Of a stretch of DNA of 39,128 bases, positions 18,005-24,137 are shown piece after piece. Below the pieces are notes generated by a model that saw only the letters and a list, made by a program, of their open reading frames with translations, did not search any database and was not told the DNA's origin. How positions within the stretch are numbered: the first letter of the stretch is position 1; each line of letters starts with the position of its first letter. The translations under genes and the position numbers were made by a program. Source of the stretch: a virus (taxonomy: Duplodnaviria; Caudoviricetes); IMG/VR virus record IMGVR_UViG_3300038393_001279, positions 1 to 39,128 of that record; one strand, 5' to 3'.

Positions 18005-18774
18005 GGTTTGCCGGCCCCGGGCAGTAGGCCCAGCGTGCGGAGACGGTGCTCGGCCTGCGCGGTGCGGCGCGCGAGCTCCTCGTCGGGGATCTGGCGCACG
18101 TCGTCCACGTGGAGCGTTTCTTTCGACACGCCCGTGTGCTTGGCGGCCAGGTCGAGCGCCTTGTCGCGGTCGCGCGCCTGAATCTCGATGCCGTTTTTCG
18201 TCACCTTGGCGCCCGCGTACTGGCGGCGGCCGGTGTCGGACAGGAACCGCGTGTCCTTGGCCAGCACGACGGGCACGCCGCGGCCGAAACACTCCGGGCA
18301 ATCGGGGTGGGGCGGCCGGCGCGGGTCATATCCCACGTTGGCGCCGTGCTTTTCCAGGAACTTGAGGCCCATTGGATCCTTGGCCCCGCCCTTTTGCATG
18401 CGGTCGGCCTGGAGGTACGACTCGAGCGCGCGCTCGAATTCGGCCGGCGTGAACTGGTATTTGTGCCCGTCGCCGTGACAGTAGCGGCACGAGTCGAGCA
18501 CGTGCTCCACCAGGTCGTTGGCGTCGGCGCGCAGGCCGAGCACGACGTCCCGGAGCACGTCGTCGGCCGTGACCGTGAGGCGCTCCAGGCGGGCCGCTTT
18601 GCCACGCTCCACGGCCTCGCGCACCTCGTCCACGGCCATGAGCTTGGACGCGCTTTCCGCGGCGCGCTGGCGGTCCATGACGCCATAGGCGAGCATGTAC
18701 GCCTCGGCCTGGTTGTAGGTCGGGGAGGCCAGGAGGGCGGCGACGAAACGTTGACGGTTGGTATTGAGGGCCAT
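18001..18774 (-). CDS. terS: Terminase small subunit with Cys-rich zinc-finger insertion
   Basis: N-terminal QRFV...YNQAEAY..AY...A...ASKLM HTH, plus CRYCHG and CPECFGRG pairs. Likely start ATG 18774. Confidence 0.85.
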   Translation of the reverse strand: MALNTNRQRFVAALLASPTYNQAEAYMLAYGVMDRQRAAESASKLMAVDEVREAVERGKAARLERLTVTADDVLRDVVLGLRADANDLVEHVLDSCRYCHGDGHKYQFTPAEFERALESYLQADRMQKGGAKDPMGLKFLEKHGANVGYDPRRPPHPDCPECFGRGVPVVLAKDTRFLSDTGRRQYAGAKVTKNGIEIQARDRDKALDLAAKHTGVSKETLHVDDVRQIPDEELARRTAQAEHRLRTLGLLPGAGKP

Positions 18775-18939
18775 GATGCACGCGAGAATACATGCACTTG
18801 GGAAAAAATTCCAGTTGGGAAAAACTGGACCACACAGGGCCCGGCGCGCGTTCCAGCGCGATACGCTCCGATACTCACGCCTCAATGGCCACGCTTCGGG
18901 CCGCAATGCCCGGAATCCCCCCGGTATCGTTACGGGTGC

Positions 18940-19210
18940 TCTAAGTCGTTGATTGTTTTCCTCTTTTCCCTATTTACCCTTAATACCCATTACTAAAATA
19001 TTGATGAGTAAGAGAACGTCATATAAATAAAGATAAGAGATCATATATAAAACATCATATAAAAATAGAGAGAGAGATAGCAAACGGTGTCGGGGGTGCC
19101 GTTCCGGGTGCCGAAATGGGCCATTTTAAAGATATTTTTATGATAGAATCGGACTTTTCATTGGCACGCCGACAACAGGCCGCCTAAATTAACCGCTCCG
19201 GGAGAAAATC
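18940..19210. other. AT-rich non-coding region; candidate replication origin or control region
   Basis: The only long AT-rich tract in a GC-rich genome, strongly A/G-rich on the + strand. It is flanked by GGGTGC repeats, and an extended -10 (TG-A-TAGAAT) lies at 19141-19149. Confidence 0.5.
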
Positions 19211-19214
19211 ATAA

Positions 19215-19748
19215 ATGGAAATCGTCACGCGAAAACAGGCCGTCGAGACTGGTTCTAAAACGTACTTTACCGGGATTCCGTGCCGGAATGGCCACACGGC
19301 CGAGCGCTATACGAAAAGCGGCGGCTGTAAAGAGTGCATCACGGAGGCCGTGCACGGGGTCCGCCGAGCCGTCAACGAAGCGAACCGGCCCACGCCGGAG
19401 CGCGTGGCCCAGCTCGAGGGCCTGGCAACAATCCGACTCCGGGCCCACCCGGACGACGCGGCCACGCTGCTGGACTGTGCAGCGGCCGTCACGCTGGCGC
19501 GGCGCCCCGCACTCGTGGCCACCGATGTGGTGGGCGCGCGCAAGGGCACGAAACCGGAGGGCGGCACGCTGTTGTATATCGTCAACATCGACGCGGCCGA
19601 CGTCCAGGTCTTGCGCGATATGCAAAACGCGATGCTCCAGGCCCGGGGGCCGAACATGGACGAGGCGCGGGGCCGTGCGGTAGGGGGATTGATGGCCCAG
19701 GCCGAGGCGGCCCGGGACAACGGCGAGGGGGAATGGAAATTTACTTGA
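19215..19748 (+). CDS. Hypothetical protein with an N-terminal Cys/His zinc-binding domain
   Basis: R..A...G...YFTG.PC.NGH...R......C..C motif and a GGAG RBS. It is the only plus-strand gene in the left 30 kb. Confidence 0.75.
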   Translation: MEIVTRKQAVETGSKTYFTGIPCRNGHTAERYTKSGGCKECITEAVHGVRRAVNEANRPTPERVAQLEGLATIRLRAHPDDAATLLDCAAAVTLARRPALVATDVVGARKGTKPEGGTLLYIVNIDAADVQVLRDMQNAMLQARGPNMDEARGRAVGGLMAQAEAARDNGEGEWKFT

Positions 19749-20070
19749 GGCGGTCGAGGTGGTATTTCGTCGCTTGCCAGGCGTTGGCCACGCGTGTGCG
19801 GGTGTCCCGCATTACCTCCTCCGGATCCCGGCCGCGCGGGTCGGGCACCTCGGGGTGGAGCAGGGCGTCCAGCGCCTCCCACGCCTGGCGCAGCGCGCCG
19901 ACCATATCCTCCGGCCGCACCTTGTAGAGCTGCGCCTCGGTGCCCACCAGGACGAACACGGGGGCCTTGCCGGGCACGCTTTCGACGTTGAGTGACACGC
20001 CCTCCGCCGGGCTGGCCTCGAGCCATTCGCGTGCCGCGGCCCGGAGCTTTTCGTCGGCGTCGCGGTTCAT
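19741..20070 (-). CDS. Hypothetical protein
   Basis: 109 aa; ATGA-coupled to the upstream ORF. Confidence 0.6.
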   Translation of the reverse strand: MNRDADEKLRAAAREWLEASPAEGVSLNVESVPGKAPVFVLVGTEAQLYKVRPEDMVGALRQAWEALDALLHPEVPDPRGRDPEEVMRDTRTRVANAWQATKYHLDRLK

Positions 20071-20369
20071 TCCGGCACCACCAGGGCGCGAATGTCCGCG
20101 GGCAGCACCTCGAACAGCTGGCGCATGGCGGCGATAGAGTCGGCCTTGCTCGGCCCGAACGGCTGGTCCGCGGCGGCCACGAGGGCGTGGAGCTCACGCA
20201 GGGCCGTTACCATGTGCGGCATGAGGTCCGGCTCCAGCGTCGTGCCCCGGGTCGACAGCACGACACGCGCGGCACCATGTCGGCGCACCTGATTGAGCAG
20301 GGCCACGCCGGCCACGTTCTCCATGCGGCGTTCAGGGCCGCGGCGTTCTTGTTGCATTCGCATGTTCAT
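20067..20369 (-). CDS. Hypothetical protein
   Basis: 100 aa; GGAG RBS and ATGA coupling. Confidence 0.6.
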   Translation of the reverse strand: MNMRMQQERRGPERRMENVAGVALLNQVRRHGAARVVLSTRGTTLEPDLMPHMVTALRELHALVAAADQPFGPSKADSIAAMRQLFEVLPADIRALVVPE

Positions 20370-21001
20370 TTCTCCAGATAGGCCGCGAGCGCGGCGATTT
20401 CTTCGTCGGCGGTCCCGCCGTTGTGCCCCTCGGCGCGGATCTGCTCGGCTAGGTGCAGGAATTTCGGGTCGTCTCGGAGGGCGAGCCGCGCCGTAGCGGC
20501 CGCCCGGAGCGCCTCCTCCTGTTCGGAGTGTTCAATCGTCAGGCGCCCCCACATATCACGCAGGTCGCGCGCGAACACCTCGGCCAGCACGCGCGCCGCC
20601 GGCTGGCGGATCCGGGCCTCGGCGGCCTGGTCGTAGCGGGGCACGGCGGACGCCTCAAGGGACAGCGCGCGCAGCAATCCGGCCGTGCCGAGCGGGTCGA
20701 CGGCGCGGCGCTTTTCGCGTTCGGTGCGCAGCTGCGCCACGATGTCGGCTAGGCTGGCGCGCTGTTCGGCCCGGGTGCCGTTGAGCAGGAGGTCCAGCTC
20801 GCGCACGAGGCGGTAATGTTCCGCGAGCACCTCCTCGTAATCCGGTTGCAGGGCGACGGCGAGCGCGGCGTCCACGTACTGCGCCTCGAAGTGGTCCAGG
20901 TAGCGGATTCGGCGGCCGTCCTCCTCTGCGAGCTCCCACCCGCCACCACGTGTCGCGCGCAGCTGGCGTCCCCGCTGTAGCGGGATCTTGTCGACTTTCA
21001 T
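20366..21001 (-). CDS. Hypothetical protein
   Basis: Likely start ATG 21001 (MKVDKIP), overlapping the upstream stop. Contains a YEEVLA.H.RLVRELD.LLNG...A...SL.DIVAQ segment. Confidence 0.6.
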   Translation of the reverse strand: MKVDKIPLQRGRQLRATRGGGWELAEEDGRRIRYLDHFEAQYVDAALAVALQPDYEEVLAEHYRLVRELDLLLNGTRAEQRASLADIVAQLRTEREKRRAVDPLGTAGLLRALSLEASAVPRYDQAAEARIRQPAARVLAEVFARDLRDMWGRLTIEHSEQEEALRAAATARLALRDDPKFLHLAEQIRAEGHNGGTADEEIAALAAYLEK

Positions 21002-21354
21002 TGGCTCGCCTCTTTCGGTGCGCCTTGTCGGGCAAGGGCATCTTCCGCCAGCAGCTTGATATAGGCATTGTTGTTGCGCGTTGCCGACGCCGCGATCTCG
21101 CGGAATGCCGATGCGGCCCATGCTGGCAGCGGCGCAGCATCCCCGCCCACGCTTGCCGTGGTGGCCGCAGGGGATGCGCCCGGCTGGGCGAGGATGGCGC
21201 GCGCCGCCTCGATGCCGTGCCACATGGCCGCGCGGTTGTCGATGGCACGTTGCGCCACGGAGGCGTGCGGCGTGTCCGGAACAGGGAACACGCGGTCCAC
21301 GGCGGCCTGGTATGGGTCGCGCGTGTCGGTCGGGTAGAGGTCACGGTAAGACAT
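20998..21354 (-). CDS. Hypothetical protein
   Basis: 118 aa with an AAGGA RBS. Confidence 0.6.
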   Translation of the reverse strand: MSYRDLYPTDTRDPYQAAVDRVFPVPDTPHASVAQRAIDNRAAMWHGIEAARAILAQPGASPAATTASVGGDAAPLPAWAASAFREIAASATRNNNAYIKLLAEDALARQGAPKEASQ

Positions 21355-21365
21355 GGTTCATTTCC

Positions 21366-21779
21366 TTAAGTAGTTTCATTCTGACACGGTTTGTACAGGA
21401 ACGGCGCGAGCAGCGGGTCGACGTGGCCGGCCCGTCGTCGGCGCGCGTGGTACTGGTTCACCCATTTGGCATTGAGGACGTCGAGCCCGTGCCGGGCCTT
21501 GGCGCGGCGCCAGCGTTCGGCGTTGGACGTGTGCCAGGTGGGGTATGGGGCGTGTTCCCCGGGGCCAGCGCGCCACACGGCCGAGGCCGGCCCGCGCCCC
21601 TTGGGGATGCGCCATTTTGCGATGTGCGCGGCGCGCTGCTCGGGTTCGCCCTCGCGCAGCTTGGCGAGCCAGCGTTTTACGGTGGCGTGCGCGTAGCCCG
21701 AGCGCTTGACCAATTCGGCCTGCGTCCCGGGCATGGCCTGGAGAATGTCGGCGCGGGCCCGATGGTAGTCACGGGGCAC
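21366..21779 (-). CDS. Putative HTH DNA-binding protein
   Basis: ILQAMPGTQAELVKRSGYAHATVKRWL winged-HTH-like segment. Probable GTG start at 21779. Confidence 0.55.
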   Translation of the reverse strand: MPRDYHRARADILQAMPGTQAELVKRSGYAHATVKRWLAKLREGEPEQRAAHIAKWRIPKGRGPASAVWRAGPGEHAPYPTWHTSNAERWRRAKARHGLDVLNAKWVNQYHARRRRAGHVDPLLAPFLYKPCQNETT

Positions 21780-21852
21780 GGCGCAGCACCAGCCAGATAA
21801 TGGAGGCGCCGGCCACGTGCGCGGCCAGGGCCAGGACGAGCCAATCAACCAC
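21769..21852 (-). CDS. 27-aa hydrophobic peptide
   Basis: MVDWLVLALAAHVAGASIIWLVLRRAP*, preceded by a strong GGAGGT RBS; it fills the gap between neighbouring genes. Confidence 0.4.
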   Translation of the reverse strand: MVDWLVLALAAHVAGASIIWLVLRRAP

Positions 21853-22288
21853 GGGGCGTCACCTCCCCCAGCGCGACGGCTCGCGCCACGTTCTCGTGCA
21901 CGTTGGCCGAGGACACGATAATTTCGTCGTGCACCATGCGCACGTGCGCAGCATGCCCGCCGGCCGCCAAGCGTTCGACGTCCGCGAGCAGGCCCAGCGC
22001 CACATGGCGACGAAGCAGGGCGTGCGCAAGGTCGGCCGGTGCGTCGGCGGGTTGCCTTGGCCGTACCACCTCGAGCGGAGCGTCGGCCGGCCACGCCACT
22101 GTGGCCACGCGGCTAAGATGCGGGGCAATCGGCCCGAGGCGTCCGAGCTGGAGCCCGACGGGGCCCGGGTCAGCGATGGCGAGGTCCAGTACGACAAACG
22201 AGGGCGCGCCGCCCACGGGGGTGGGGAGCGGTTCGAGGATGACGTCGCCGGGGCGCAGCGCGCGCACGGCGGTGGTGATGGTCGGCAT
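21845..22288 (-). CDS. Hypothetical protein
   Basis: 147 aa with an AAGGA RBS. Confidence 0.6.
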   Translation of the reverse strand: MPTITTAVRALRPGDVILEPLPTPVGGAPSFVVLDLAIADPGPVGLQLGRLGPIAPHLSRVATVAWPADAPLEVVRPRQPADAPADLAHALLRRHVALGLLADVERLAAGGHAAHVRMVHDEIIVSSANVHENVARAVALGEVTPRG

Positions 22289-22339
22289 GTTCGATGTCCT
22301 TTTTTTTGATAGGCCCGCCGGAGCGGGCGCGGGTTGAAA

Positions 22340-22540
22340 TTAGCGCCAGGCTCTTACGAGAGGGGTTACGCGCCAGAACGCGCCGTCCAGTGAGGACGCG
22401 GTTGCCAAGAGGGTACGGCCGGCGCCGTACTTGGCCATTCCGCCACCGTCGCGGGCAATTTTAAATCCGAGGCGGCGCAGCTCCTCCAGGCAAAACCGCT
22501 TAGAAAGCGTGGCGTAAATCTTGGGTTCTCGGCGGGGCAT
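22340..22540 (-). CDS. Hypothetical protein
   Basis: MPRREPKIYAT... starting at ATG 22540 with an AAAGGA RBS. Confidence 0.55.
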   Translation of the reverse strand: MPRREPKIYATLSKRFCLEELRRLGFKIARDGGGMAKYGAGRTLLATASSLDGAFWRVTPLVRAWR

Positions 22541-22551
22541 GGTTTGTCCTT

Positions 22552-23001
22552 TCAGGCAGTGCGGGCCAGGTATTCGGCTTTGGCGGCGTCGATGTCGGCG
22601 CGCACGCCGGAGGTGATGCGCAGGATTTCCGCGCGGAGGAATTCGGCGTCGTGGTACAGCGGCATATCGACGTCGGGGTCCACGAGGTTGGCCAGCTCGG
22701 CAAGCGCACCGGCCATGATACGGCCAGTAATGCCGCGTTGGATTGCCAGGTCGGCGGCCGTGACGCGCGCAGCGGCGGGGACGGCCTCCACGGGTGCCGG
22801 GCGCAGCTCCAGGATGCGCGCGTCGTAGATGGCGAAGCATTCCGCCTCGTGTTCCGGCGAGCCCTGTTCGTTGAGCGTGTCGCGGATATTTTCGCGGTGG
22901 GAAGCGATGGATTTTTCCAGGCCGTCGTAATCGGCGGCGCAATCCACCGCGATATTGGCGGAGGTGCGGGCAAAGCTGAGGGCGTCGGTTTTGGACATCA
23001 T
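22552..23001 (-). CDS. Hypothetical early protein
   Basis: 149 aa with an AGGAG RBS; first gene after the promoter at 23052-23080. Confidence 0.65.
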   Translation of the reverse strand: MMSKTDALSFARTSANIAVDCAADYDGLEKSIASHRENIRDTLNEQGSPEHEAECFAIYDARILELRPAPVEAVPAAARVTAADLAIQRGITGRIMAGALAELANLVDPDVDMPLYHDAEFLRAEILRITSGVRADIDAAKAEYLARTA

Positions 23002-23051
23002 GTTCGTTTCTCCTGTTGCGCAGCGCGGGAGTGCGCCGTCCTTGAGAAAGG

Positions 23052-23080
23052 ATAATACTTAAGTTACTTAAGCATTGCAA
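23052..23080 (-). promoter_or_regulatory. Sigma70-like promoter with palindromic operator TTAAGT-W-ACTTAA in its spacer
   Basis: TTGCAA-N17-TATTAT on the minus strand; operator at 23059-23071. Confidence 0.75.
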
Positions 23081-23083
23081 TAG

Positions 23084-23104
23084 AAAAATGGCCCCGAGGG
23101 GCCA
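23084..23104 (-). terminator. Rho-independent terminator closing the primase/anti-defence transcription unit
   Basis: Minus strand reads TGGCCC-CTCG-GGGCCA followed by TTTTT. Confidence 0.6.
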
Positions 23105-23122
23105 AAAGAACATGCGCGCCGA

Positions 23123-23326
23123 TTATGCCGGTTTCGTGGCGTCGAGGGCGGCGCGGACAAAACAGTCTTTCGCCTCGAGCAGCTTGCGCATGCCGGCCGA
23201 TTTCTCGGGACCGTCGGGGAGTTGCGCCTCGAGCTGGTCGGCCAGGTCGCCAATCGGTTTGCTCACGGCCTGGAGGTGGGCCGGGAGGTGGCCGTATGCG
23301 AAAAACTTAATCGTGGTGGTGGGCAT
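23123..23326 (-). CDS. Small conserved phage protein; possible Acb2/Tad1-like helical-hairpin sponge
   Basis: FFAYGHLPAHLQAVSKP...LPDGPEKSAGMRKLLEAKDCFVRAA with an AAGGA RBS. The function is inferred. Confidence 0.6.
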   Translation of the reverse strand: MPTTTIKFFAYGHLPAHLQAVSKPIGDLADQLEAQLPDGPEKSAGMRKLLEAKDCFVRAALDATKPA

Positions 23327-23335
23327 GGTCGTTCC

Positions 23336-24118
23336 TTAAAATGCGGCGATTCGGTCGGCCAGCACGCCGGCCAGCTTTTCCATAAGCTCGAGTTGGTCGG
23401 ACAGTCGCTCCTGCTCCGCCGCCGGCAGGGTGCCGAAAATCTCGCCCTGGATAAACGGGCTCAGGCGGGAAATGCGCTGTACCAGGTCGGCACGTTCGGC
23501 GCACACGCGGTCCTGGAACGTCAGTTCCGGCGCCTCGTGGAATTGCGGCTCCTGGCCGGTGAACACGGATAGCGCGAGCAACAGGCCGTTGGCCATGCCG
23601 CGCATGTATTCGCCCTGGTCGACGGTGCCCAGGGAGGATTGGACGGCCACCAGGTCGCGCAGCTTGCCGACTTTCTCGTCCTCGGTCGCGGCGCGGAACA
23701 GGCGCTCCGCCAGGAGATAGCCCTCGAGTGGCCAAATCTGGTCCACGGCCGCCTTGTACGCGTACTCGCACCCGATTTGCTGGTCGAAATTCGCGGCACT
23801 CACGGGGCCGTTATTCACGCCCACGACGCAAAAGCCGTTGACCAGTTCCAGACGGCACACGGTCGTGCGCGTGCCCTCCAGGTTGGTGTAAGTCTCGTCC
23901 ACGATGATGGACTGAATGTGTTCTTTCGTGATGCGCGGCGCGGCCGGCTTGAGCTCCTCGACGCGCGCCTCGAGCTCGGCGTCGGACAGCGGATCCGCGA
24001 GCGTGGCGCCCTGGTCAACGTCCAGGAACACATGGGCGTTGCCGCCCTCCGTCGGTACGACGTGCGCGGCGCTGGCCAGGGTCGAGGCGATGGCGGCGGC
24101 GATGTTGGTTTTCTGCAT
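23336..24118 (-). CDS. Three-domain putative anti-defence sponge: Gp49/Sf6-gene66 (Acb4-like) + unknown domain + crAss001_48 (Sequestin-like)
   Basis: Start ATG 24118 with a GAGGA RBS, 260 aa. Domain 1: PRIT...I...T.C.L.L.NGF.V.G....VS..NFD..IG...A......IW.LEGYLL. Domain 3: FQDRV..E..DL...I..L..FI....F..L...EQ..L..Q...M......L..RI..F. Confidence 0.75.
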   Translation of the reverse strand: MQKTNIAAAIASTLASAAHVVPTEGGNAHVFLDVDQGATLADPLSDAELEARVEELKPAAPRITKEHIQSIIVDETYTNLEGTRTTVCRLELVNGFCVVGVNNGPVSAANFDQQIGCEYAYKAAVDQIWPLEGYLLAERLFRAATEDEKVGKLRDLVAVQSSLGTVDQGEYMRGMANGLLLALSVFTGQEPQFHEAPELTFQDRVCAERADLVQRISRLSPFIQGEIFGTLPAAEQERLSDQLELMEKLAGVLADRIAAF

Positions 24119-24137
24119 TTCTATGTCCTCTTTCGGG

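Noticed and set aside
1209-18996. Long plus-strand ORFs (e.g. 1209-3689, 6207-8105, 14095-16104, 16500-18365)
   Set aside because: Antisense shadows of real minus-strand genes in GC-rich DNA; they show no motifs or RBS.
22299-22330. Hairpin next to a T-run as an intrinsic terminator
   Set aside because: The T-run lies 5' of the stem on the plus strand and reads as an A-run after the stem on the coding minus strand, so the geometry is wrong in both directions.
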